Assembly: GCA_051313645.2 (NCBI GenBank)
Contig: JBNRSN020000016.1
Span: forward strand, 92,814,001 to 92,878,000
From: Centroscyllium fabricii
Lineage: Eukaryota
Direction: 5' to 3'
Length of the DNA stretch: 64,000 bases
The translations under genes were made by a program, and so were the position numbers. Positions within the stretch are counted from its first letter, which is position 1, and every line of letters starts with the position of its first letter. A model generated the notes under the pieces. It ran no database searches. It had not been told where the DNA came from and saw nothing but the letters and a program-made list of their open reading frames with translations. This document shows, one piece after another, positions 25,002 through 37,410 of this stretch.

Positions 25002-25329
25002 GGTTCTCTGCATCTGCATGTTTCCATCATGATGCAAGTCCATGGAACCGGTTTTGTACCTTTAGCGGGCCAGAGCAGGAAGCACCTAATCTATGGTTTA
25101 AAAAAAATGTAGATTTGAATTTTCATTCACATGACTTTGCATCCTTTATATTAAAAAGAATAGTCTATGACTACTATTGCTGTCAGTCTCTCAAGGTAAA
25201 CGTACATTTAGATCACTGGGACTCAGTGGTGTTGTTGAAACCGCCTTTCGGTGTTTTTGCACTCTTTTTTCCAGCCAACTTTCTCCCCCTCTCCTCCTCT
25301 TCGGAGTTGTGTACTCCTCACTGGGAGAT

Positions 25330-25660
25330 GGTTCTGCAGGCACTGGTTGCTCTCTGGTACCTGACCCAGGTAGCCATCATTTATATATCAGTCTTAACAA
25401 TGACAGTGATGGGACCATGGCAAAATCGTAGCCTGGCCCAATCTTGTCCTCACGCATCATTCACATGCATTCAATTCCAGCAGATGTCACTGGATACCAA
25501 TCAAGAGCAAGAACTTTGGCCAATTTTTCCCCACCCAAATCAAAAAACACTTTTTAGGGCAACTACTGCTGCGGAGCTAACTATTTAACCGAGGATCAAA
25601 CTTGGGACTTTCTTGGTCTTTGTGGTTAATTTAATCACTGGATAAACTTGTTGAGTCATC
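25330..25660 (-). mobile_element. Old tRNA-derived SINE, same family as 52655-53460
   Basis: Inverted, degenerate match to ACAGACCAG..GGTCCCAGGTT.GATCC...GTTAGCT...GAGGACAGGATCGGGC...GGCCACTTGGG.GAGGTAC. Confidence 0.6.
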
Positions 25661-27584
25661 AATGGTGCTCAGAATCGTTTGTTTTTAAGCACAACACCTG
25701 GCACTTAATAATTTTGAACAACAGAAATAAATAGTGGGAAATTTGTACTAGTAGAAATCTTTCTATTTAATGGAATATAGTAAATTAAATGGAATAGCCG
25801 GTGCAATTTCTTATATCTTTGAACAACTTCTGAGATAATAAATGATGCAATTCAATCTTGATTGTCTTGAAAGGAAATATCAGGTCTTATTGCTGTCCCA
25901 TTGTATTTCGAGCACATGCCTTTGCCTGCGGGTGTGGTGTAGTTTATATATTCCACAGAGGTTACAATGAGAGTATTGAATTTATGGTGAGAGTAAGCAA
26001 TAATATGATACTTCTAATTATTCAGAACGCGCTGGATGGGCCAAATTGCCACCACTTGTTCCTTGTTGTCTTATGTTCTTAACTGACAAGCGATGAAGTT
26101 TCCAGCGAATTATTCAGGGAAAGCTTATAAACAAGATAAACTCCTTAACCTACTGCTGCGCTACTTTCTGGCCTATTTAACTTGTACTGTAAATACATTT
26201 TTGATACTTCTTGTGTGTGGAAAGTGTTCGAGTCATTGCCATGATATCAGATGATGTGTCTCTGTTTGTTTTTTAAAGAACTCACTAGCTGGGTTGCTAG
26301 GTACAGGATGTGTGGGATGTCTTTATACAAATAAAAGAACACTGTAACAGCAAACAAGCATTGTAATGTCAAAAAAGGTAGAAACTTCACTCCGCTGTAG
26401 GTATCAGTGATATGAAAATCTGAATAGCAGATCTGGCTGACACGGCCTTCACACACATGAAATGTATACTGTCATCTTGCACCTCATGCTTGGGAAGGCC
26501 TGGATGGGATGCATTGTCTGTGAAGCAACTTCTAACTGTTTTCTATTGCGATGCGACAATCCAAACAAAAACATGTTTGAATGCCAATGTGATTAAATAA
26601 ACCTTACATTTGTGGCTGGTGAGCAGCCAGTGTGAAGCTGCCAGAACAAAAAAGCAGACATGGATATAATCAGAAGAATAACTAAAACGTTTTTAACAGT
26701 GTACTAATTTTGGAGCAGTATAAGGCTCCCTTTTTAATGTGGATCACAAAATTAATTCTGTCATCGGCAGTCCTGTTAAGTTTATTAAAGAAATACCCTT
26801 AAATTATATTGGTATGAATGTGTAGATATTAGCATTATGTATCAAGGAGCAGCTACGATGAAAAGATACAATTTCAGAAACATTTTATCAATGGAACTCA
26901 ACCTGACAGACCAGGGTTTGTGTATTAGCTGCAGAGCATTCTGCATAATGCGTACTCACCGAGAATGTTTTATTTAAAATTTTCTTTATAAACCAACATG
27001 TCACTCTTGACCAATCACTCCATTCAATTGCTAAATGGATGACACTCTATTCCTGCACAAGCATCCTGAGCTCTACTTGTGCCAGTTCCTGCTTGCTAAG
27101 GACATAGCCTCTGGGCCACAAGCAAACTCTCACCAGCATTTGGTGGATCTGGGAAGTATCCTCATTCCATTAGATAAAGCACAAATGAAGAGCAAAATCC
27201 CAGTTTATATTAACATATAAAACAACTATGCCAATCAGAAAGCCTATTCAATATTCCATTTACTGACAAATACTCCACTGAGAGTTCAGAGGACCATCAA
27301 TTCTCAATCTCATGGGTCAGAACTTCCAGGCATGCGACAATGCCCAGTGGAGTCCCACTGCTAACCAATCAAGCACCAAGGTTTGATCACATGCCCTGAA
27401 ACCAATGGAAAATATTAATTCTTGAATGAGTGACTCCTTCTGATTGAACATGTTGAAACTAACGTTATGGGGAGATTTACACTGGTGCACTCAAGAAGAT
27501 ATTTATGATGACCTGTTGTTTCCAATCCCAATTTTTTGCTACATCTTTCAGGAAAATAAAAGATAAGTACAGGCAAGTGACTTA

Positions 27585-27640
27585 CAAGAACCACTTGCCT
27601 TTCTGGGTAACCCAAGAACCACTTGCCTTTCTGGGTAACC
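27585..27640 (+). repeat. Perfect 28-bp tandem duplication
   Basis: CAAGAACCACTTGCCTTTCTGGGTAACC occurs twice. Confidence 0.95.
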
Positions 27641-27721
27641 CTATTTACAAAGAACTGTGCTGAATGTTTTCACTGCTATAATGTGTGTGCATTAGGGCCA
27701 CCTGTTGGTTTGGACAGAAAG

Positions 27722-28135
27722 AAACAACTTGCAACTATACAGCAACTTTCACAACCTCAGTACATCCCAAAGCACTTCACAGCCAATTAAGTACTTAAAA
27801 AAAAATGTAGTTACTGCTGTAATTGGGAAACATAGCAGCCAATATACGCACAGTAAGATCTCACAAACAGCAATTAAATAGATAACCAGACTATCTATTT
27901 TAGGTGCTGGTTGAGACAACCCTGAGCTCTTTGAATAGTGCCACGGGATCTTTTGCGTCCACTTGAGAAGGCAGATGGGCCTTGGTTTAACGTGTCATCT
28001 GACAGTGTAGCGCTCCCTCAGTGATACATTGAAATGTCAAGCTTAGATCATGTGCTCACGTCTCTGGAGTGGAGCTTGAACCCATGACCTTCTGATTCGG
28101 AGGTAGGAGTGCTACCACTCTGCCAAGGTTGACAC
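27722..28135 (-). mobile_element. Deu-domain SINE, second more diverged copy
   Basis: Colinear with 21422-21867. Confidence 0.8.
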
Positions 28136-31100
28136 TTACCAGATAGTCTAATATTTGAGCAGCCTATCCAGAAATTTCTAAACTGTAAGTCAATAAAACA
28201 AGGTTTTCATTTTTCCATTTATTTCTGTGCCGCATACTGTTGATTATTAAGGTTCTCAACAGTAGCAAAGCCAACCTCATAATTCAGGCCAATCATACCA
28301 TCCTACCGTGCCCTCATCTTGTCCTTTGTCTGGCTTTGGACTTGGCGGAAGGTAGAAACTGTAATACACGTGTTAGCATAGAAAAAAGCTCATAAGTGCT
28401 TTAAGTATGAAAACAAGCAGATTTCTGCGTAGTGATGTTAGTACCTGCAGGGCCCAGATCACAAAAGGTAAGATGGCGCTTTGAAATGTCAGAAACCTAT
28501 ATTACACAAATCCCAACCAATGACCCTGGCAACTGCCTGCATTAGAATTTGCACAAGGAAACTTAATATAGCTAGTCAGAGAATGGGCTCAGTATTTACT
28601 TTCACTTCATAGACCATCCTCTACTTTTCCCCTTTGCTTTTAGTGATTTTGAATGACCTATTTCCACTATTTTAACTCCAAGTAATATCATTGGATCAAC
28701 ATAATGGGTGTCTAAAAATACATTGTTATGCTTCAAAAAGCAGTTCGAATTTGAGTCACTGCAATTCCTAAACGTTATATGTAAAGATTATTGATTATAA
28801 GAATATCGTTTCGTTAAGGGTTCAAGTGATGCCACAAGCAACTGAGAACTAAGTCCGGGAATTTTATTTTCACTGCAATCATTCCCACTTGCCCATTATG
28901 ATTTAGAAACTACAACGCAATGTTATCTTGAACAAGTATACATGTTATTTATTTATGGTATCATCACCGAAGTCTCAAGTACTTTGGTGTCACCACTCCA
29001 AGCTCACAGGAATTTGAATCTACAGTCTGCTCTGTAAAATCAGAATTGGACCACGGCCGTTTCTTGCTCCTTTGGATCACCAAAAATAGACGATTTAGAA
29101 TAAACTTATTCGGAAACTCGTGCAACTTTGCATCTCTGCTTTTTAAAAAAAAATCATTAACTCACTTCCAACCAATCAGAGAACCCAATTGATGCAGAGG
29201 CGGGTTATTGCGTTCCTGTGAACCCCATGCTGGGACCAGTGCACCCGAATACCTACATTTGATTTCCTTGCAGGGAGTGGCGGCAAAATCTTACGTTACC
29301 GGGTATTCTAAATAAACAAAGACATCACATTTTAAAAATATATACTTTTTAAGAGAAAAAAAACGTTGTTGACAACCCGAAGCTTTTACAGGGCGAGATT
29401 CTCCAGACGATGGGATATCACAGGGGTAAACTTCCCCCCAAACAACACAAAGAACATACAATGATCGAATAAATCTCTTTAAGCTCTGTATATGTATAAA
29501 ACGATGGGTTAGATACCTCGCAGTCCTCTGTTACTAGGGAGTACACACCGCACAAAGTATCCCAACAAAGCCATGAACCTAGCAGCAAACTGAAAGCAAC
29601 CAGATTTTTAAATTATTTCCATCAGCAACTTGACTCCCGCCTGCTGTACCCGAGCGATTCATACAAGATGCCGTGCACCATGCGCCAAATTAAAGGGATC
29701 AGTGCTAAAGTCTGGAATGTGTTTAGCATTGTGGAAATATGAAAACAAATGGGCCGACAGCTCCTTCTTCGCCCGAACATATTTGGCCCTGGAATGCTCC
29801 AGAATAACGGGTTACTGGGAAATGCGGCTGTCACGGGCGGGGCTGGCGATGCCGAGAAGCTCTTGTCCGTTTACCTGGGGGATGTGCACACCTGTCTGTC
29901 CGGGGCAGCGGCGTCCTACTCAGGCGCGACCTCCCCCCCCCCCCCCCCCGAAATACAAACACCTCCGCTGCTGTTAACACAGGAGAATGTATCTGGTGGA
30001 GGATTTCACATTTCGAAAAATATAAATTCATGTCATGATCGTGATATCCCCGCCCCGGGTAAAACTTCCACTCCCGCGCGCCCAAGACCTACTTGTAAAT
30101 ATCGGGTGAGTTTCAACATCCAAAGATCTGGATATTTGGGGCTCTTTTCAAAGACGGCCTGTCAGATAATCGAATTCAACGATTAATTAAAGTAAAAATG
30201 ACTGGCATGAAATCATTTCAAAAACTTAAAAGAGGAAAGCCCGGGCTGTTTCATCAACAACACGAACTCGTGATGAGCTCAAGGCGCGGAATAATCCAAC
30301 TGTGGTGAGATACAACATATTGAAATAATATGCCGACTGGACCTAGCCAGGTTTATGTTTTTTTGTTTTGCAAAACACAAGCTGCAAAAGTTGTAACTAT
30401 TTTTAACTCCTAAACAAGCCATGTTTTCAAACAAGTTCAATTGGTGTCCAGTGTTAAAGTTAGCAGCACTTAAGTCGGTCAGATCCCGCCCTGCTCTTGA
30501 AAATGCCCGAGTCAGTGTGTGTGTGTGTGTTTCAAACAAAATCCTTCATCAAGCAAACTAGTGAAAAACTGAGTAAAAGAGAAAAAAAAAGATGATTGCA
30601 TCAATCAGTGTCAGGCCAACCAGAGATGATTTATGAATATGCATAATGAGTTCTCACTTTTGAACAGGAATAGTGGGCAGGTAATTGATTAGACAGGAAG
30701 GGGGCTGAGAGAGAGCGCGAGAAAGAAAGAAAGAAAGGAATGGAGGGAGGGAAGGGGGAACAGAGGGTGAGGAGTGAGTGAGAGAGAAAGATGTGTATTA
30801 GAGAGAGTTGCCATATACATTAACTGAGTTGCGCAGACAGGGCGAACTGCCTGGGTTCAGTCCAGTTTAGGCCTGTGGTCGGGTCTGTACATAACTACTG
30901 CCTTGAGTTTCACACAATTCCCCAATATAATCTGCAATTTCGAAACCTTTAATGAAAAATAAAACAAAGATCATGTTAATTGTGATGTTGCTGACATATG
31001 ATGCTTCACTCCCTAAGTGGAAGTGAGTGCTGTCGAAAGTGAGCTTGCAGCAGTTGCTTAAATTAGCAGGAACAGCAAACACAACATTCCAAGCATCAAA

Positions 31101-33836
31101 AGAAAGCGGAAAAGTCCAAGTAAAACCCCAACTTGGGACACGGGACTGTGAAACTTTCTACCGTGCACAGAGGTGTGTACCAGGGGACCAAGCCGAGGAA
31201 GGTGTCAGCCCCCCAGCCTCACATTACTGAGTCCTGGCGAAAGTTTCGACACTCCCCCGTAAGACGTGAACAGAGGCGCTCGCACGGTGAACTGCCAAAA
31301 CTCGCCAAGTGCTTTTAATTTAATTGTATTATTTTAACTGCTTCTAAAGTAGGACTCGTGAAGTAAAACAGAACTGCCAGCTGCGATTGTGCTGACCAAG
31401 AGAGGCGCCTGTATATTGCACCAAGTGTTTGGTGAGACAGATTCGGCATTACATATTGTACTGTCTACTGAGCCATACATTCACAGAACCATAGTGAAAG
31501 AGGGTGGGGGTCTTTGCTAAACAACGAAACCATAATATTCAAACACTTTCATTAAAACAACCTTGCAAAATACTTTGAGAGAATTCTTACCCCCCAAAAT
31601 ACTTGCGCGTTCCATTCCCTTGAATAAATGTCGCAATCGCAACTATGTGCACCAGCCCTGAATTTCAACCAGAAAACTAAAATAGGAACCGCAAATTGCA
31701 GAAAGGTGGAGATTTAAAAAAAACGTGTAAAATAGAAATCGCTCTCGAATAAGTTAGTTGGCTCTGATTGGCAAATCTATAACCCAAATCACAGGATTTC
31801 CTTGTCACGCCGGCGTAAAGAGCGTATTTTATCCCACTTTTATTCAAAGATATCTTTACATATTAAGAAGAAACAGATTGCAAAGCTGCTACACGATCCG
31901 ACCAAGGAATCTCAGTCTTTAAATTACTTTATTTTAATAGTTCTCTATTTTGCCTTCAGTTACCCTGAGCCTAAACGCAGGAATTGATTGCAGGTCAAAC
32001 GGCTGTACTATGTTATAAATTAATGCGATGCGGAAACCTTAATTTAACAAGGGCTAACCGCGCAATACTCAGTGAAAGGTCCGCCGGAGTGAAGAGTTTA
32101 GTAAAATGATGTGGCAACTATCACCTCCACCACCACCCTAACCAAAAAACCCCTGAAGGTTAAGGTTCGGGGTACCCCTTGTTGGTGATTAATGTAACAC
32201 TTACTCTTGATTCCAGCGCCCACTCGCTCATTATTTTAACAGAAAATACTTAAGGAAATTCATTAGTTTGATTACAGTGGGAATCATTTGCAAACACAAC
32301 GAAACACACCAAATATGTCAAAGGGTCTGGCCACAACATTGAATAAATGTGTAAAAAGAGCTGTTAGCCTCGTTTATTATTAATAGAGTTTCTAAAGGAA
32401 ACGGCTAGTTTTGTTTTGGAAATGTGGATAAAACTTGGACCCAGCATTTTGACGCCGTAATTCAATCGGGAGCCGATTCCTTTTTGTTAAAATGAATAAT
32501 CAACACACCGAGTGGCCGTTTGTAATAATAGTCCCCCCCCCCCACCCACCCCACAATTACTAATATGTCAGCAGAAACAACTGGCAGGGGGCTGTTGAAA
32601 CGATATTGGTGAAAATGTTTCCGTTCCTGTGAATGACAATTCACAGGAGGGCAAGAAACTGGCTTATTATTGTTGTTATACTCCCGGCAACTTCTGTGTA
32701 CAAAGTTGGGGAGCCGATTAAAGCCTGACTTGTGACCGCGACCATTTCATAATTCACAGCTAGGTGTGTTTTTTTTGGGTGGGTGGGGGGCAAAACAACG
32801 AGGGGGGAAAAATCGCAGTTTCACCGAATGGCACAGTTCTGAAAACAACCTGGCGCAGTGAATAAAAGTTAAGATCGTTTTTTTGCACAGACCATCACAT
32901 TTTGCAAAATGAACGGTTTGAAGGTTAGCAGGAGGAATAGGCAGCTGCCGCTTTCTGCCTCTTGTCCCTGTGATGTAGCATTAATTGATGTCGGTTCTCT
33001 GGTTCTTACTGTGGCGTTTCAGAGTGTCTATCTGTAGGAGGCGCTGTTAGCCCGACTGTCCCCCCCCTCCACCCACCCCCCCTCTCTCTCTCAGTCCAAA
33101 ACCCAACACATCAATGCCTGCCCCTCGGGGCTCTGGTATTATACAAGTCATTTAGTCATTATACTGCATAAGTGTCTCAAGCATCTACAATCATCTCACA
33201 TTAAAATATTGCCGTGGTGTTTAACCACAATCCTATATTTGGACGATAAATTTAAATCATCATTTCTTACCGCCAGTTAAAGATCTTTACTGAAACCTAC
33301 AACACGCCGATTCTCAAATCATCGCTTTACAAATATCGTCCCTCAACAAACGCCGAAGCACTACAGTACTTGAAAGCAGTATTCTGGTCTGCTCAATAAT
33401 ATTGCAAACAAAGTGTAGCAATTTAATCTCAGCCTTGTTTCGGCACTTGGGAATAGTTTAACAATTAGCTGCTATAAGCGATTCCTGGTAACTGAATGTT
33501 CACGCTAAAAAAAACGACACCAGTATTTAAAAAGAAAGCAGATGGAACGGTACGTGTATACAAATTGATCCAGACTATATTAAAGGTTATTTTTAAAATA
33601 TTTTAAATGGTATATAAAAGTTTTCAGTTAAACCGCTTACAATCTTCCTTTGCTGGGATTTTAAAATGGCACAAATTCAGACATGGGGAAATTTTCAATA
33701 CGGAGTTTTTGTTGTCTGAAATGTCAATTGATAATCATGTGTAAGGTAAACAAAACCTTGATAGGTTCCTGGGGACTAGCTACTACCATTGACAGCTTTG
33801 AAAATACAGACACAAAGGTAAAGTCGTAACTGTTCA

Positions 33837-33842
33837 TTTATT
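33837..33842 (-). terminator. Probable irx3 polyadenylation signal AATAAA
   Basis: TTTATT on the plus strand about 310 nt past the stop codon, after an AU-rich 3' UTR with TGTA motifs. Confidence 0.65.
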
Positions 33843-34153
33843 AGCCAAAAATATATACTTTCTTGTACAATTTCGTTCACACGTATGTACATGTTTGTTT
33901 GCGGTATATACAAAACATCTCGGACACCAGGTGATAACTAATCCTCACTCGACTTACAAAAAAAACTGGGTTCCACTTAGATCACAAACTCAACTAAGTG
34001 ATACGCGCCTTGGCGGCCAGTATTACATTACCAATTTTATTTTAATACACATACATGCTTACAGGTTAAACTATACAGGGGAAAAAAACATTTTTACATT
34101 CCATTTAACAAGAAAATGGTTACAAAATAAAGTTAAAAAATAGCCAAAATGGA

Positions 34154-34208
34154 CTATGCGGAGGAGAGCGCCGACAATACCATGGCTGCATCGAGTTGGT
34201 TCTGGGGT
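34154..34208 (-). CDS. irx3: Iroquois homeobox 3, terminal coding exon
   Basis: TTTCAG acceptor, then PQNQLDAAMVLSALSSA-TAG, the diagnostic Irx3 C-terminus. Total CDS is 1353 nt (450 aa). Confidence 0.93.
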
Positions 34209-34423
34209 CTGAAACGAATAAAATTATTGCGGATCAGTGTTTACAATTTTTTGTAATAAAGTGTTGACATCCATATTTTGCATAAAATGTTGTAATTTAA
34301 GTTTCCAATGCAGATCAACTGCGGCGGGAAGGACGCAAAAAGCTGCACGCCTGTTACTGCAGAGATCTGGAGTCTGGTGCAAAATCGTGGCAATGTACAG
34401 AGAGGAATGAATGTGTTTCTTAC

Positions 34424-34490
34424 CGTCTCTGAACCGGCTGAAAAGCTGTCTTTACTAATTTTTTCTCTATTTCCAAGGTACTGCTTCGAT
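34424..34490 (-). CDS. irx3: Iroquois homeobox 3, exon 3 (67 nt)
   Basis: TTACAG acceptor and CG|GTAAG donor, in frame with exon 2. Translates DRSSTLEIEKKLVKTAFQPVQRR, matching the Irx3 C-terminal motif. Not in the ORF track. Confidence 0.93.
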
Positions 34491-35169
34491 CTGTAAATAA
34501 TAACGAGTTCTTATAATTGGTATTGTTCGCCATTACCGAGCCCATTCTTACTCAGAGACACACGCTGAAATTCAACTTTGTTATGGAATCGTTACCAATT
34601 ATACGACTTAAAGGATACAGTGACCCGCGTATAATATATGGTAAGTGTTATCTTATTACACAGGTCTTCTTTTGCCATCTAATAGTTATTGGAAAAAGTT
34701 ATTGTAATCAAATTATAAATTATCTTTTAAACTGGTGCTGAAGATCAGTTTAGAATAAATGCAATTTTGACCATCAAAAAATCATTATCCCAGGACTTTG
34801 ATTGCGCTTTGTAGGAGTTATATCTTGTATTTAGTTACAGTCGAGCAATAGTACTTTTTGTGAGCAGGATGTACAAATCTCTAGGTATCGATTTAAAAAG
34901 ATGGAGAAATGGCTTTTGTGTAGATATTACCAGCAAATAAAATTAATTCGGAAGAGTATGGGTCCCTTTGGAGATCGTCAGTGAGTTAATCTTTCCTTTT
35001 AAATTTGAAGTTTTAAAAAAAGGCCCAACTGTTAAGGCTGCTAATACAATATTATTCACAGATTATTTATTTTGTGCATTAAGTTGCTCCTTCTCTTTGG
35101 AAATGGTGCAGGGTGTTCTCACAGTCTGGCTGGAGCGTGTTTTTGTGATTGCAGTGAAGAGCTCTGTAC

Positions 35170-36187
35170 CTGTTACCGTGGGTTCTGCTGTCTGAGCCCG
35201 CTCCTCGCCTCCTCTCACTGTACAAAATGCGGGGACACCGGCAGCCGGGGCTGCCTGGCCAGCGCTGAGTCCGAGGAAGTGGTTGGAATTGATTAAAGCC
35301 AGCGGGTGGTGGGAAAAGGTTCGGTTTGTCCAGTTCTGAAATTTGCCCATGGGGCAGGCGAAGAGTCTGTGCTGGCTCAGAAGGGACGAGGCGGTAGGCC
35401 CGGCAGGAGGACTGCTCATCTGCGGGGATTTGCGGGGATTGTCCGGTGTGGTGGCGGTTTCCGCCAGAGACCAGATCTTCGGCTTCTGGCTGATCGGGAG
35501 GCTGCTCTCGGGCGCGGGGGAGACGGGGCTTTTCCGCTCGGCGTTGCTTTTGGTGTGATCACCACTGGCCTGTGCTGAAATCTCGGGCGGAAGGTCGCCC
35601 CGTTTGTCTTCAATCACTCGGCTCTCTTTGACCACCGATTTCAGAAAACCGTCCTCGGAACCGTTCAAGTCATCAAAAGTGTCGGAGATTTCCGAATCAC
35701 TTCTGCCGTCGAGTTTGCAGTCCAAGTTTAAGTCCGGGTCGTGGTCGTCTTCGTCCTCTTTGCTCTCGATATTCTCCGTATCGATATTTTCTAAATCGAT
35801 CTCCTCGTCGTCGTCCTTTTTCTCGCCTTCCATGTCCGGGTCGCTTCCATACGAATTGCCCTCTTCGTCGGTGCGGTTCCTGGGAGTCCAGGTCATCTTG
35901 TTCTCCTTTTTAAGCCTTCTCCGGGCGTTGGCGAACCAGGTCGACACCTGGGTCAGGGTCATTTTGGTGATAATGGCCAGCATGATCTTCTCGCCTTTGG
36001 TGGGGTACGGGTTTTTCCGGTGCTCGTTGAGCCAGGCTTTCAAGGTGCTGGTACTTTCCCGGGTGGCGTTCTTCGGCCTGGACGGGTCCCCGAACTGGTA
36101 TTGGCCATAAGGGTAATAGGCGGCGTGGTGGTGGGGGAAGGCAGGGTGCTGCACGCCGGGGCTGTCCTTCAGCTCGTACTGGGCACC
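35170..36187 (-). CDS. irx3: Iroquois homeobox 3, exon 2 (TALE homeodomain, acidic region, IRO box)
   Basis: TGCAG acceptor then [11 protein letters not shown]. Homeodomain [59 protein letters not shown] and IRO box [12 protein letters not shown]. Donor AG|GTACAG, phase 1. Confidence 0.97.
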
Positions 36188-36786
36188 CTGCACAAGAGCA
36201 GAAAACCAAGGGCGAAAGTGGTCACTTAACAACAAAAAATAGTCAAAATGAAGTGCAATTATTATTTGAATTGTGTTCTGCACAGCTACATGATCCGTTC
36301 ACTTTCAAACTACAAAAACACACGAATGCTGTGAGGGAGGGGGAGGGGGGGTTGCTAACCAAATTTTTTTTGGATTTTTTTTTTGAGGGGGGGGGGGGGG
36401 GGGTGGGGGTGGGGGAGAGAAAGTTTTAAGAGTTTCAAACTGGCCAGAAACAAAACAAAAAATGAAACTGCCACCAAAAAAAAATCTGCAAGTGAAATTG
36501 ACCAGGAAGCTGGAGCGAAACTGACACACGCGACCCAGAAACAGTCTGAAAACTTTTTTCGGGAGAAAAGTCGACAGGACAAAATAAAAGCGGCATTTAC
36601 TGCAGCGGCCAACATCTCTTCCTCCTCAACTCCGCGTCTTGTTCTGATAATCGCAACAAACTTCACCCCCCACCCCCCCCGCAACACACAAACCTCCCCC
36701 CCCCCCCCCCCAACCACCACCACCTTTTTAATGATTTACCGGATGAAAGGGACCAGGAGAGAGCGAATTGACGTAAATGTTCTTAC

Positions 36787-36999
36787 CAGCTGAGGAAACA
36801 TGGGCAGGTCGGCGGCGTAAGGCAAAAAGGCGCCGTATCCTTGAGCGGCATAAGGGGATCCATACATGGTCAGTACAGTGGAGGCAGCGCCCGGCGCCGT
36901 CAGATCGCTCGCAGTCCTGGCAGACGATATACCCTGGCGATCCGGGTAAAGTGGCCTAGTCGCAGCAATGTACTGATATCCCAGTTGTGGGAAAGACAT
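36787..36999 (-). CDS. irx3: Iroquois homeobox 3, coding exon 1 (71 codons)
   Basis: ATG in ACCATG context. Translates MSFPQLGYQY...YGAFLPY...FPQL, the typical Irx1/3 N-terminus. Ends at a GTAAGA donor, phase 0. Confidence 0.95.
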
Positions 37000-37096
37000 G
37001 GTCAGTGACTAACTGCGAGAGAAATCGCTGTGCAGAAAGAGCCCGAGTATCCACCTTTAATGCTGCAGACTCAGTTGAAAGTATACGTTTCCACAT
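36956..37096 (-). other. uORF2, out of frame and overlapping the irx3 start codon (46 aa)
   Basis: ATG 97 nt upstream of the main ATG in weak context (TGCATGT). No stop until the TAG at 36958-36956 inside exon 1. Confidence 0.45.
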
Positions 37097-37161
37097 GCAG
37101 ACGCACTGTAACCGATCCGATCGCTCTCTCGCAACTTGCTATTGATCTGAGGGTGCCCAGG

Positions 37162-37215
37162 TCAGGTCCTAACAGATTCGTAGAGATTATTCGGAGTTGA
37201 TGGCCTGATTGACAT
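37162..37215 (-). other. uORF1 in the irx3 5' leader (17 aa, MSIRPSTPNNLYESVRT)
   Basis: ATG with G at -3 and a TGA stop, lying between the predicted promoter and the main ATG. Confidence 0.55.
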
Positions 37216-37299
37216 TTCTGCTAAGCCCCTCCTATTTCTTTCGGGTCCGCCGCAGCTTTTTTTCCCCTCAATCTCTGCCTTTGTCACAGAGCGTGTCTT

Positions 37300-37410
37300 T
37301 TCCAAATCTATTTACTGACGTCGCGATCTTTTATTTCTGTTGCTTTCAAGTCGCAGTTTGCGATCGCCAATCAGTACCAGCTCTCCGGCAAAAAACACGC
37401 CCGCCCCAAA
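37300..37410 (-). promoter_or_regulatory. Putative irx3 core promoter
   Basis: GC-box-like GGGCGGGCGTG (37396-37406), CCAAT box (37367-37371), TATA-like AAATAAAA (~37329-37337) and CRE-like TGACGTC (37316-37322), in a plausible order upstream of the ATG. Confidence 0.5.

Noticed and set aside
24947-25588. 213-aa ORF
   Set aside because: It spans parts of two SINEs and unique DNA, has a non-ATG start and shows no protein motif.
1-33800. Exons of a neighbouring gene such as FTO
   Set aside because: No recognisable exon found. Short exons could be missed without alignment.
35063-36283. 406-aa ORF as a single-exon gene
   Set aside because: Both ends run into introns. Splice sites at 36187 and 35170 and the exons found on either side give the real Irx3 protein.
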